A DNA stretch of 61,774 bases, the filler included, from Myxococcota bacterium (lineage in GTDB: Bacteria > Myxococcota_C > UBA6777), in NCBI GenBank assembly GCA_023150835.1. It is 4 parts of 4 records of this genome, joined end to end, with 100 filler letters (N's around TTAATTAATTAA, not from the genome) between each part and the next. Parts side by side here need not be neighbours in the genome. Positions count along the whole stretch, not along the records: positions 1 to 22,500 come from JAKLKB010000166.1; positions 22,601 to 33,253 come from JAKLKB010000175.1; 2 more parts are not named here. One strand, 5' to 3'. The position numbers and the translations under genes are program-made. This document shows, piece after piece, positions 20,140-30,067 of this stretch; within the stretch, counting starts at the first letter, position 1; every line of letters begins with the position of its first letter. The notes below the pieces were generated by a model. That model did not search any database, was not told where the DNA came from, and saw only the letters and a program-made list of their open reading frames with translations.

Positions 20140-21198
20140 TTAGGGGGTTCGAGGGAAATAAAAGAGGCGGAGTTCTTTCCAAAGGGTTTTGGGATCTTGT
20201 CCCGTGACATCTTGGATGGCTTGCCAAAAAGAGAGTTTGGGGTTTTTTTGAAGGTTTCGCACGATGACCGCGAGGGCTCCGCGACTAAAGCGATCTTCGA
20301 GGTAGCCGAGTACGACCATGCTGAGGCGGATGGCGCGTTCGTGGGCGGCAGGAGGAAGTTTTTTCTGTTGGAAAAGAGACCAATATCGCTGCATCTCGTC
20401 AGGAAAAGGGCGGCCCGATTCTTCGAGGATCATGCGAAATTTGGGCAGGGCGGTTTTGTTGTATTCGGCGTCCAACATGGCGCAGATCCCGCGAAATGCA
20501 AAGTAGGCAGGGATCGCGATGCTGCGCCAAAAGTCGTCGGGATGGGGTTGGCTGTGTTGGGTGATCAGGACGCGGGTGGCGGCATCGACCAAAGCGCTGA
20601 CACGCCCGTAGTTCGAGAGGTAGGGGACTTGGTCGCTGCCTGTGTAGATCACGACCCGAGGTTCCAAGGTTTGGGGTTGAGAGAGGCGAGGCTGTTCCCA
20701 AGGGAAGATCGCATCGGATGGATCGGATTCGGGCATCAAGACGACTTGGATACGCCGCGCAAAGGGGCGATCAAGCCATTGGCGCAAAAAGGCGGTTGCG
20801 CTGTCGGCGACCACAAAAAAGCTGTGGGCGATCATGGCGTTTTCGCGTTGAAAATAGAACTCGAAGGCTTTGCTGCTGCCTTCACGTAACCAAGGTCGTC
20901 CTTGAAGGCGCACAGGTTCGGGTTGGAAGAGACGGCCCGGGAGGGGTTGGCTGATCTCGGTCCAGACGGGAAGATCGGTCGGAACCTTGACTTTGAGTTG
21001 TGCTGCGACGATCTGCTCTTTGGAGGCGGTGCTTTGTTGGTGTTCGGGAAGGCGAAAGCGTTCTTCGTCATCACAACCGAGCAAAAGGCCGAAGCAGGCC
21101 GACCATGATAGCAAAACGATCCACGAAGCGCACAGTCGCTTGGGGAGACGCATTCTACTTTTCCTCCGTTGTTGAGAAACTGTTTTGCGGCGCGTCAT
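20140..21198 (-). CDS. Hypothetical lipoprotein
   Basis: 352-aa ORF with lipobox-like LLLGC after a hydrophobic stretch. Confidence 0.7.
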   Translation of the reverse strand: MTRRKTVSQQRRKSRMRLPKRLCASWIVLLSWSACFGLLLGCDDEERFRLPEHQQSTASKEQIVAAQLKVKVPTDLPVWTEISQPLPGRLFQPEPVRLQGRPWLREGSSKAFEFYFQRENAMIAHSFFVVADSATAFLRQWLDRPFARRIQVVLMPESDPSDAIFPWEQPRLSQPQTLEPRVVIYTGSDQVPYLSNYGRVSALVDAATRVLITQHSQPHPDDFWRSIAIPAYFAFRGICAMLDAEYNKTALPKFRMILEESGRPFPDEMQRYWSLFQQKKLPPAAHERAIRLSMVVLGYLEDRFSRGALAVIVRNLQKNPKLSFWQAIQDVTGQDPKTLWKELRLFYFPRTP

Positions 21199-21903
21199 GC
21201 GCCATCACAAGAGAGCCAAAGTACATTGTTCTATCAAATCCTTCAATGGTTAACACGCCTGCGTCGCGCCTCGGCGTATCCACGCGGGTTTTTCTTTCAT
21301 GGTGTGGTGATCTTTGTATTCACGATCATTCCATTCACGCTGTGGATGCGCCGTTTGCTTGAGTCGCCTGAGGTGCGTTTGGATCGTGAGGCCTTGAGGT
21401 ACTGCCCACCTACGGCCCCTGCTGTGCTTTCGGATGTCTTGCGTTATCCCGAACGCTACCAACTGCGCCCGATCTGGTTGACGGGGATCTTGCGAGAAGG
21501 TGAGCGGCATTGTTTTCAGCGGGCTTGCGCTGCTCGGCAAGCGTGTTGTCATCCTTGCCATGCGCGGTTGCTCTTGGAGTCTGGTCCCGTTCGTCTGCAC
21601 TTGTCGGGATTACCGAAGGAAGGGGGGTTATCGTGTCAAGGAACTTCGTGTGCGATGGTTTGTGGTGCGTATCGGGTCGGACAACCTTATGCGGCGTATG
21701 GCCTGCCGCGCCTGCTGCGGGAGTTCCCCTCGCAGGGAAAGCCGATCGAATTTTCGATGAAAAGCTTTTGGGTGCAACGCCTTTGTAAGATGAATTACAC
21801 CCTACCCACAGCCCCTTACGCTCTGCCTGATCCTCGACTTCCCGCTATGCTTCGTCGCGTCCCTGTTTCCCGCCCTGCTTTGCGCCCTGTTTCGCCTCGC
21901 TGA
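21169..21903 (+). CDS. Hypothetical membrane-anchored Cys-rich protein (start uncertain)
   Basis: TM segment then C.QRAC...ACCHPC and CQGTSCAMVC. Confidence 0.6.
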   Translation: MLRNCFAARHAPSQESQSTLFYQILQWLTRLRRASAYPRGFFFHGVVIFVFTIIPFTLWMRRLLESPEVRLDREALRYCPPTAPAVLSDVLRYPERYQLRPIWLTGILREGERHCFQRACAARQACCHPCHARLLLESGPVRLHLSGLPKEGGLSCQGTSCAMVCGAYRVGQPYAAYGLPRLLREFPSQGKPIEFSMKSFWVQRLCKMNYTLPTAPYALPDPRLPAMLRRVPVSRPALRPVSPR

Positions 21904-22000
21904 AGGGGTGGTGAGTTCTCCATGCGCAGGTATCTGGAGAATTGACCTTCCATCGGGGCGACGTTTTGTTGCGTTGAACGAGGCCTTCGTTGTGTTGGTC

Positions 22001-22352
22001 ATACGATATCCGAGTGGTGTGTGATCGTAAGATAGTGCGTAGACACCCGATTCTTGGGCAGCCACAGGGGGCGAACACTCGGACACATCGTCTGTAAAGC
22101 CCATCGGTCGGGGGGGGGATGGCATGGGCAGATGTCGTCTCACCCCACAGGCATCGGGTTAAGAAAAGAGACCGAACTGTCATACCGATACGAAAAAGGC
22201 CGATGTTCTGGCGCGGGTTTTCCCCCCTCGCCTCTGCGACAGCAGGGAGAGGGGGGCTGGGGGGGTGAGGGTCAAACGACGTATTGCCATTTTTTTCAAC
22301 AAAATCAAATTTTTCGTAAAAAGACGTCCAATTAGTTCGATCAAATGGTATG
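22001..22352. repeat. Cluster of palindromic miniature elements: partial family A copy, then a CATACC..GGTATG-bounded unit (22181-22352) with a CCCCTC..GGGAGAGGGGG hairpin
   Basis: ATACGATATCCGAG start, REP half-hairpin, GC-rich stem-loop at 22221-22270. Confidence 0.6.
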
Positions 22353-22363
22353 GGGGCAGCCCC

Positions 22364-22500
22364 CATACGCGCCTTGTTAAGGTGGAAACCTCGTAGAGTC
22401 GGTCTTGATCGCCTTTTTTTTTCTCCCCCCCTCAATCCCCCCGGCCAACGGGGGGAAGTTGGAACGGGCAGCGTCTGCATTTCGTGCATACAGCGTGCGT
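22364..22500. mobile_element. End of the IS4/IS231-like element, truncated by the contig end
   Basis: Near-identical to 10227-10363; begins CAT-N10-TTAAG after target GGGGCAGCCCC. Confidence 0.85.
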
Positions 22501-22600
22501 NNNNNNNNNNNNNNNNNNNNNNNNNNNNNNNNNNNNNNNNNNNNTTAATTAATTAANNNNNNNNNNNNNNNNNNNNNNNNNNNNNNNNNNNNNNNNNNNN
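22501..22600. other. Artificial contig linker
   Basis: N runs around TTAATTAATTAA (stops in all six frames). Confidence 0.99.
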
Positions 22601-22683
22601 GAAGCAAGGATTCGCGCTCGACTTGCATGTGTTAAGCACGCCGCCAACGTTCGTTCTGAGCCAGGATCAAACTCTCCAGTTAA
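22601..22683 (-). rRNA. rrs: 16S rRNA 5' end (partial)
   Basis: Minus strand reads AGAGTTTGATCCTGGCTCAGAACGAACGTTGGCGGCGTGCTTAACACATGCAAGTCGAGCG (27F site 22656-22675). Confidence 0.98.
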
Positions 22684-22817
22684 ATCCTGCACGCATCATC
22701 TCATTTGGAATGATGCGATTTTTTTGTTGTCGTTGAAAAAGATTCCGTAGAGTCTTTTTCGTTTGACGTGAGCCTTTCTCTCCACTACGCTTTCGCGTAG
22801 CTTCTCTCTTATTATTC

Positions 22818-22832
22818 AGTTTTCAAAGATCA
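22818..22832 (-). promoter_or_regulatory. rrn leader antitermination boxA-like site
   Basis: TGATCTTTGAAAACT between the promoters and 16S. Confidence 0.65.
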
Positions 22833-22849
22833 AGTTTTTTACCGCATCA

Positions 22850-23108
22850 TTTTCGCGGCGGGTGGTCTTTCTAGTCGAAGTTTTCTTCTCTGTCAAGACC
22901 TTTTTTTCTAGCCCGCTTTTTCGCGGCGGGTGGTCTTTCTAGTCGAAGTTTTCTTCTCTGTCAAGACCTTTTTTCTAGCCCGCTTTTTCGCGGCGGGTGG
23001 TCTTTCTAGTCGAAGTTTTCTTCCCTGTCAAGACCTTTTTTCTAGTTTTTTTGATGCCGCTCTCGTGCAGCGGGGGGCTGTTGTACTGGATGGGTTTGTT
23101 TTTGTCAA
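22850..23108 (-). promoter_or_regulatory. Four tandem sigma70 rRNA promoters; three are a 67-68-bp triplication
   Basis: TTGACA-17-TAGAAA (-35 at 22891-96, 22959-64, 23026-31) with GC-rich discriminator; TTGACA-17-TACAAC (23103-08/23080-85). Confidence 0.85.
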
Positions 23109-23199
23109 GCGCTTGTTGTACGAAAGGCAGAGAAATGGACTCAAGTATCCGAACAGAAAGAAAAAAAGTATCTTTCTCATCGAAGTTCCACAGTTGACC

Positions 23200-23330
23200 C
23201 ACAAAACTCCCGTGATCGGACTCGTCCAAGCGAGAGTGTCGTTGGTCTGAAAAGTAGAAAGCGTTTCGCCGACACGGGGTCAAGGGAGCCGCGCTAAGGA
23301 GGCGGGGTATGGGGTGGAATCCCACAAAAC
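23200..23330 (+). repeat. Family B element
   Basis: GTCGTTGGTCTGAAAA..CGCCGACACGGGGTCAAGGG..GGGGTGGAATCCCACAAAA. Confidence 0.75.
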
Positions 23331-23353
23331 CACCGAACTGCGGAAGTTCGATC

Positions 23354-24520
23354 TTATCCAAGCGAAGTTCGTCGAGGCAGAAAGACATGCCAAGAGACTT
23401 TTTGCTTTTCTTCTGTGGAAGAGAGAGAAAATTGCATCGCGCCTTGGTGCTTTCGTAAAATGATCGAACACGCTGATATCATCACGCGCAAAGCATTTTC
23501 TTCTTCGCCGACGGTTGGAGCCAGCAGTTTTGCCAAGGGAGTATCGAACGACTGGCGGAGAGAAAAGCGGCAAGTGATCTCGTCGTGGGTGCCCGGCATC
23601 AATAAGAAGCCGCCAAGCTCAAAAGGCCGAATCTCGTGGTTTGACATGGCGGAAACATGGATCTCCACGCTCCCACCATCGCCTATCAAAAGAATCGATT
23701 CGCCGATCATGCGCCAAAGATCACGCAACAACTCTACAAGTCCCCATATTTCGAGGGATTCGTCGTCAGGTACGTCAAAAACAAGCGTGCTATGGAGTCC
23801 GCCTCGCCAACGAAGATACGCTCTCAAGTCTTCCAAAAGATCGCGCCAAAAGATAGTCGCGGAAGCGTCTGTCAGCTTACGAAGCAAAGACGATGCACGC
23901 GAAGACACCCCAAGCGCGGAGGAAACGGCATTGTGAACCAACTGTCGACTCATCTCGAACAAAGACGCCCCGTCTTCCATCTCTTCCACAAGATCCATTG
24001 CACCAATCACACAGTTCAAGTTGTTGTTGAGATCATGCAACAAAGCACCCAACAACAACCTGCCCCCCATCATCTTTCGCGCTTCTTCGGCTTGGTGCGC
24101 TGCGATCTCCGCGCTCTTGGCATCGCACAACACCCACAAGACGCCGCGTTCTCCTCGACGTTGCCCCCCCAAAACCATGCCCTCTTTCCAACACAACACG
24201 CCCCCACCATGCACACACACCGTTTCTGAGATAGCAACGGTTGCGCCCTCTTCTTCAAGCAACATCCGAGAAAAAAGAGCATCCATTCGCAGTTGAAATG
24301 CGCTCACTTCCTCTCCCGACATCACGGCCTTTTTGGCAGGATCAAAAGACCAACGGCATCCGCGAAAAGCCTCCCAAGACGGCCCTCCCAAGGACGTTTC
24401 ATGAGAAGGCCCCAAGAAAGACGCTGCCAGATCATTCATCCAGACCAGTCGCCCCTGCGCGTCCACCCAAAACATCGCTTCGGCTTTGGAGCGAGACAGC
24501 AACGCGATGCGTTCTCGCAT
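23354..24520 (-). CDS. PAS-domain protein with HisKA H-box and degenerate ATPase domain
   Basis: AMFWVDAQGRLVWMN (PAS), LLHDLNNNL (H-box); no recognisable N/G1/G2 boxes. Confidence 0.7.
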   Translation of the reverse strand: MRERIALLSRSKAEAMFWVDAQGRLVWMNDLAASFLGPSHETSLGGPSWEAFRGCRWSFDPAKKAVMSGEEVSAFQLRMDALFSRMLLEEEGATVAISETVCVHGGGVLCWKEGMVLGGQRRGERGVLWVLCDAKSAEIAAHQAEEARKMMGGRLLLGALLHDLNNNLNCVIGAMDLVEEMEDGASLFEMSRQLVHNAVSSALGVSSRASSLLRKLTDASATIFWRDLLEDLRAYLRWRGGLHSTLVFDVPDDESLEIWGLVELLRDLWRMIGESILLIGDGGSVEIHVSAMSNHEIRPFELGGFLLMPGTHDEITCRFSLRQSFDTPLAKLLAPTVGEEENALRVMISACSIILRKHQGAMQFSLSSTEEKQKVSWHVFLPRRTSLG

Positions 24521-25061
24521 CCACGCTCCTTTTTCTCGCCGCTTTTTGCGCGTTCTCTCCACCACCATCCCCATCCCAACCATCAGGCCGCAACCCTCCC
24601 CTTTTTGTCTCGCTTCACCCGCGCTCACCCACGACGCGAGATATGCCGCACACACCAAAAAGCTCCAAAGATGCGCGATTCCAAGTTGCATTTGCACACC
24701 TACCCGGCTGTCTTGTCTGCCTTCGCCACAACCCTACACACCTTTGTCCCGAAAAGCTGTCGGACTCTTCAAAACAATACCCTACACCACGCAAGACGCG
24801 TTGTTTTCCGAAAAACTTCACTTTTCAAAGAGTGGTGCGATCAAGAAAAAGGAGGCGCAAAGCGACGCATCGGAGAAAAAACGAATCGGATTGCAATCCA
24901 CCCCAAAAAGCTGTAAGAGGTGGGGCATTCAGCCACAGGTGTCGCGGGGGTGGGCCAACGGATGCCCACCGATTCGCGGAGATCGCAAAAAGAGGCTGAG
25001 ACGCGAAAGCACGCCGCCAAAGCGCACGCAAAGAAAGAACAAAACGAAGGAGACCACAAGG

Positions 25062-26921
25062 ATGACCGCATGGTTGGTGGAAAGATTACACCGTGGAGCA
25101 GAACAAGCATTGCGCGAAGCCATCGAAAAGATCGGGGTAAGCGACGCAGGAGAACTGCGCTTGTCTCCCCCCACAGAACCGTCGATGGGCGATCTTGGGA
25201 TGCCGTGCCATCCGTACGCCAAACTCCTGCGCCGTGCGCCCAAACAGATCGCTGAAGAGATCGCTGCCCAAACCCCCACATTTCCCGGACTTGCGAAATT
25301 CGAGGCGCTCAATGGTTACGTCAATCTGCGCTTTGACATGAGCTACGTGATACGAGAGGGATTGCGAGAAGCGTGGAGAACAGACGGAAAGCTCGGTCGT
25401 TCCGAGACATACGCTGGAAAGAAACTGCTGATCGAGTTTTCGGGTCCCAACACCAACAAACCACAACACTTGGGTCATGTGCGCAATAACGTCCTTGGGT
25501 TGGCCGTTTCCAATCTTCTCGAAGCTGTCGGGTATGATGTCGTGCGCGCCAACATCATCAACGATCGCGGAATCCATATCTGCAAATCCATGTTGGCGTA
25601 CCAGCGATTTGGAGAAGATGCAACCCCCGCATCCACGGGCCGAAAAGGAGACTTCTTTGTCGGCGATTACTATGTGTTGTTCGACAAAAAACTGCGCGAA
25701 GAGATGGAAGCGTGGAAGGCTGATCATCCGAGCGAAGAGATCGACGCAGAAGTCTTCTTCACGAAACACTCGAAGCTTGGGGCTGCAGCACAAGAGATGT
25801 TGCGGATGTGGGAAGCAGGCGACACGCAAACACGGACCCTTTGGCAACAAATGAATCAATGGGTGTATGAGGGCTTTGATGCGACGTATGCCCGCCTCGG
25901 AATTCGTTTTGATTGGGTGGATTATGAAAGCGACACCTACATCTTGGGCAAGGATGTTGTGGAAAAGGGCCTTGCGACGGGGATCTTTGAACGACGCGAG
26001 GATGGCGCGGTGGTGTGCGATCTGACGAAGATCGGACTTGAGGGCAAGAAAGTGTTGTTGCGCTCGGATGGAACGAGCGTCTACATCACACAAGATCTCG
26101 GCACCGCGATGCGCCGATTTGAAGCCCACGATCCGCAACGCATGATCTACGTCGTCGCAGACGAACAAAACCACCACTTCCAAGTTCTCTTCGGTCTGTT
26201 GGAGCTTTTGGAGACAGGCAAGGGCAAACGCTGTCATCATCTATCGTACGGGATGGTGGATCTGCCGCATGGTCGGATGAAATCGCGTGAAGGGACGGTG
26301 GTGGATGCAGACCATCTGATGGACGAGCTCGAAGCGATGGCTTTGGAGCGGCTAAAAGAACAAGTACAAAAAGAACGCGAACGGGCCGAAGAACGCGGAG
26401 AAGACTTTGTTGCGCCAACCGACGAAGACATCAAAGAGCGCGCTGAAAAGATCGGTCAATCGGGACTCAAATACTTCATCTTGCGCTTTGGCCCACAAAC
26501 ACGCATCCGCTTTAACCCCGAAGAATCGATTGCTCCCGAAGGCGAAACCGGACCTTACGCGCTTTATTCGTATGCCCGCATCAACTCTATCCTCAAAAAG
26601 AACTACGATCTGACAGCGCTGCCCTCCGATCACATCTTGGATGCGCTCGGAACACCGATCGAGATCGCTTTGATCAAAACGCTGATCCAGTTTCCACGCG
26701 CAGTACACGAAGCCGCCGAACAACTCAACCCCTCGCGCCTTGCGCAGTACCTGTTCCACCTCGCGCAAGCCTTTAGCTCGTTTTACAACGATGCCGATCA
26801 CAACATCGTGAAATCACCTGAACCCCAACGCGAAGCACGCCTCGCTTTGTGCAAAGCCTTCCAAAAAGTCCTTCGTACGGGGCTTTCGCTCTTGGGGATC
26901 GACGTCGTAGAGCAGATGTAA
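25062..26921 (+). CDS. argS: Arginine--tRNA ligase
   Basis: EFSGPNTNKPQHLGHVRN, LLRSDGTSVYITQDLG, RMKSREG, TGPY..YSYARI..IL, LGIDVVEQM; AAGGAG RBS. Confidence 0.98.
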   Translation: MTAWLVERLHRGAEQALREAIEKIGVSDAGELRLSPPTEPSMGDLGMPCHPYAKLLRRAPKQIAEEIAAQTPTFPGLAKFEALNGYVNLRFDMSYVIREGLREAWRTDGKLGRSETYAGKKLLIEFSGPNTNKPQHLGHVRNNVLGLAVSNLLEAVGYDVVRANIINDRGIHICKSMLAYQRFGEDATPASTGRKGDFFVGDYYVLFDKKLREEMEAWKADHPSEEIDAEVFFTKHSKLGAAAQEMLRMWEAGDTQTRTLWQQMNQWVYEGFDATYARLGIRFDWVDYESDTYILGKDVVEKGLATGIFERREDGAVVCDLTKIGLEGKKVLLRSDGTSVYITQDLGTAMRRFEAHDPQRMIYVVADEQNHHFQVLFGLLELLETGKGKRCHHLSYGMVDLPHGRMKSREGTVVDADHLMDELEAMALERLKEQVQKERERAEERGEDFVAPTDEDIKERAEKIGQSGLKYFILRFGPQTRIRFNPEESIAPEGETGPYALYSYARINSILKKNYDLTALPSDHILDALGTPIEIALIKTLIQFPRAVHEAAEQLNPSRLAQYLFHLAQAFSSFYNDADHNIVKSPEPQREARLALCKAFQKVLRTGLSLLGIDVVEQM

Positions 26922-26948
26922 TCACAGCACGGGCAGATCTCGTGTGGC

Positions 26949-29267
26949 TTATTTTTCGAGAGGGGCGTCTTTTTCAAGCAAGTAATAAGACAAGCTGTGA
27001 AGGATACGCGATTCTCCATAACCGTGATCAATCGGAGCCCAGAGCGCCCCTGCACGCTTACAAGCATGGATGATCCGAGTGGTATCATGCCCGCAATAGC
27101 GGATCAACAACAGCACAAGCGTCACTTTTCCACTGGCAATGCGCTCTTCGAGTCGGTCGAGAACACGGGGGTTTCCGCCTTCACGCGGAATCCACTCTAA
27201 ACTTTTCAACCGAAGCATCGATTGAAGGCGTTCACGCGCTTGTTCACGTTCATCTCCCCCAATAATCGCGGCGTTTCGCTCTTGAATCAGAGGAAGCAGA
27301 TTGCGGAGCTTTTTGGCGTCGCGTCGCCGCTGGAGTTGGTAAGAATAAGCTTCGTCGGTGGCTTCGTTTGCGGATATCGGGAGACTCGATTCTCGGGGGT
27401 TCAAAATCTCCCGATCTTCGGGGTTTTGATCTTTGAGCTTGCGCAGATGCCGCCGAAGGTGGCGAAACTCGCTTCCGCTTTGGATCAATTCTTCGTACGG
27501 GTCGATCATATCGAGAAGATCCGTATCCGACGGACTCATCTCCTCTTCGAGGATCTCACGAAGCACTTGCAAAAAAGCACCCACCGCAGGGTCTTCAGGA
27601 CTTGCAGAAGCAGGCAATGCTTGGATGCTGTTGCGCAGCTTGCTCAACCAAGCGTAAACACGCATCTCTTGTTGCCAAGCGCGTTCTTCTCGTTCAGCTT
27701 CCGCAAGTTGCTGGGCTTGCTGTTCTTGGCGAACAAGCAAAAGTCTCTGCTCATGCTCCGCAATATAAGTAGGCCAGTTTGCGAAAAAAGGACGATCCAA
27801 AGGCTCGATCCAATAATCGTCGTGGCCGAGATGTTCTTTTCGGGCGCTGTTGATCCGACCAAAGATCGTGCGCAAAAAGCTTTGAATACCGAACTCGTTT
27901 TTCGGGATCTGTTCTTGAACCCAGCGCGCTTGGGCCGCCCAGATGGTGAACATATGGAAGCGCTCATCAGGGCTATGGCGATCGATGTAGCTCATCGGAG
28001 TTCCACAGACATCATCCACCAGTTTTCGGTACATCGAAAAAAACTTGTCATCAAGCAGATCGCGAAAGCGCCCACGGTATTTGCTATCAGGGGGTTCGTT
28101 GGTGTTTTGAGAAGGCCCTTGTGAAAAAGAAGGCTGACTGCATTTTTGAAGAAATGATCGACAATGACTGAACTTATCCCATTCTTGTTCTTCGACGTGT
28201 ACTTCTTGGGCGCGCTGTACAAGTCGCGCACAGAGATCGTTCCAAACATCTTCTGGGACGGTGCGCTTGGCTTGTTCGAGTTCGTTGATGGCGCAACGAA
28301 ACGAGCTGGTGTCTGCGACTTGTTCGACACGATGGCTGATCCGTTCGATCACAGCAGGGATATCTTTGATCTTGGTTTTGGGGCTACTTTTGGGCGGCGG
28401 GCTAAGGCGAAGAGGATCGAGCGGCTCAGAAAAGGCAACGGGATCAGGGTGTTCTGGACGGGAAGAGATCGCAGCTTCGTTTGGAGGCTGTGGCTTGGGT
28501 TCTAATTTTTCGGAAGAGGCCGGCGGAGAGGAAAGCTGTGGCTCTGCGTGATGTACCGCAGAGGAAGGAGGCGGAGCGATGTTAAGTCGCACGCCACTTT
28601 TGGAGCTTTGCTGGAGAGCAAACAACGTTTGCTGGAGTTCTTCTGCGCTAAGAGGAGAAGGAGGCGGAAGATCGTTGGCGCTTTTCTCGGTAGTAGGTTG
28701 CGTCTCTTTTGGAGAAGAAGGCTTCAGATTATCGTGAAGAGGAGTAATATGCGAAGCATAAGGAGGTTGTAAGATATCATCCTCGGCAGCAAGCGAAGAT
28801 GTAGAAGTTGTAGAAGTTGTAGAAGCGATCTGTTGTATGAATTGTTGAGTTTGCCGGATATCGCGGTGGATATCTTGCAAAAGAGCGCCTAAGCTATCGA
28901 GCAACGGATGTTGGGGATCCAACCAGCGGATCTCTTGTTCTACAGAGAGGAAAGCGTGGCGTAAGTGCTGAAGGACTTGAACGAGTCGCTGGCTATACGT
29001 AGCGACTCGCTCAGGCCAACGCATACGCTCCTCGTGCAATCGCTGTATCATCTCGCGCAAGGTTTGTACGTACGGTAAGAGAGGCGGTAAGGGAGGGGAT
29101 TGTTGTGAGGATTGAAGCGGCGATGTGGGCTTTTGGGCGGAGGGGCTATCTGGAGAGTGTTGTAGGAGGTCAAGGAGAGCGTCTTGTAGCGTATCGGAAG
29201 GATGAGGAACAGGCTCAGATGGGGTCGGGTGGAGAAACCACCACGGATCCATTCGGTGTTCTTGCAT
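26949..29267 (-). CDS. Large hypothetical protein with helical regions and C-terminal DUF2325-like alpha/beta domain
   Basis: 772-aa ORF; C-terminal AIIGG..LEWI..VLLLIRYCGH..ACKRAG..GYG. Confidence 0.7.
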   Translation of the reverse strand: MQEHRMDPWWFLHPTPSEPVPHPSDTLQDALLDLLQHSPDSPSAQKPTSPLQSSQQSPPLPPLLPYVQTLREMIQRLHEERMRWPERVATYSQRLVQVLQHLRHAFLSVEQEIRWLDPQHPLLDSLGALLQDIHRDIRQTQQFIQQIASTTSTTSTSSLAAEDDILQPPYASHITPLHDNLKPSSPKETQPTTEKSANDLPPPSPLSAEELQQTLFALQQSSKSGVRLNIAPPPSSAVHHAEPQLSSPPASSEKLEPKPQPPNEAAISSRPEHPDPVAFSEPLDPLRLSPPPKSSPKTKIKDIPAVIERISHRVEQVADTSSFRCAINELEQAKRTVPEDVWNDLCARLVQRAQEVHVEEQEWDKFSHCRSFLQKCSQPSFSQGPSQNTNEPPDSKYRGRFRDLLDDKFFSMYRKLVDDVCGTPMSYIDRHSPDERFHMFTIWAAQARWVQEQIPKNEFGIQSFLRTIFGRINSARKEHLGHDDYWIEPLDRPFFANWPTYIAEHEQRLLLVRQEQQAQQLAEAEREERAWQQEMRVYAWLSKLRNSIQALPASASPEDPAVGAFLQVLREILEEEMSPSDTDLLDMIDPYEELIQSGSEFRHLRRHLRKLKDQNPEDREILNPRESSLPISANEATDEAYSYQLQRRRDAKKLRNLLPLIQERNAAIIGGDEREQARERLQSMLRLKSLEWIPREGGNPRVLDRLEERIASGKVTLVLLLIRYCGHDTTRIIHACKRAGALWAPIDHGYGESRILHSLSYYLLEKDAPLEK

Positions 29268-29534
29268 GATCGTATGCTCCTTTCGTGGTTCTTTTATTCT
29301 ATTGATTTTCCTCGAAAAAAAGCCGATATCACGGGCTTACACCCCAAAGATATCTCCCAAGGACAGGATGGTTGGAAGCGCGAAATCGCTGCATAAAACG
29401 ACGCGCAACCTCTTTATTGTATGTTTTCTCAGGAGGGATGTCCATTTGTTAAGGTACGGCGACAAGGACAGGATATTTCTGAAAAAGCAAAGAAGAGAAG
29501 GAGGGTTGGTAGAGAAAAGGGGTTGAAAGAGCGA

Positions 29535-30032
29535 TTAGGGGGAGGTGGAGATGGCCGAACATCGGGCTTGTGTGCGCATTAGATCGGTCTTTATCTGTAA
29601 AAACGTCCAGCAGCGTTGTGGATCGGGTGGGGTGTTGGCTTCATTCCAACACGTTGGGCGCGATTGGTGGTTAAGAAAAGAATTGCAGACCCCTGAGACT
29701 TCGCGGCGAGAAGCCGTCGAGGGAGCGAGTTCGCTTGGAGGAAACAACAACGTCGCTTCTTCTTGTGCATCGGCGGGAGGCGGCATCTGGATATCTTCGC
29801 TTGCGCAAGTGGTTTCATCAAGGCAAAACCAAAAACGACGCTCTTTGTATTCAAAGATCCAGATGAGTTCGCTTTTTTGGCGAAAGATCATACAGCCTTT
29901 GCGGGTTTTCGTGCTGAGTGCTTGAAAAGCCGCCTGACAGTTGGCATCAGGAACCATCTCGATCTGTTTCGGTCCACAAGAAAACAACACACCACAAACA
30001 CCCACAAACAAAAGAAAACGGATGACTCGCAT
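29535..30032 (-). CDS. Cys-containing lipoprotein
   Basis: MRVIRFLLFVGVCGVLFSC lipobox; GAGGA upstream. Confidence 0.7.
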   Translation of the reverse strand: MRVIRFLLFVGVCGVLFSCGPKQIEMVPDANCQAAFQALSTKTRKGCMIFRQKSELIWIFEYKERRFWFCLDETTCASEDIQMPPPADAQEEATLLFPPSELAPSTASRREVSGVCNSFLNHQSRPTCWNEANTPPDPQRCWTFLQIKTDLMRTQARCSAISTSP

Positions 30033-30067
30033 CTCGTCATATTCCTCTATCGAAAAAGAAAGATACG

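Noticed and set aside
21845-22489. Repeated ORF MQTLPVPTSPRWPGG (also at 10376 and 61773) as a gene family
   Set aside because: It is a translation of the repeated element end and diverges right after the CAT terminus.
22501-22600. TTAATTAATTAA palindrome as a biological site (also at about 33298 and 51333)
   Set aside because: Identical N-padded linker in three places; an artificial contig join.
24486-25061. 192-aa N-terminal extension of ArgS
   Set aside because: RBS and ArgRS-like sequence begin at ATG 25062; the extension overlaps the divergent gene and its upstream region.
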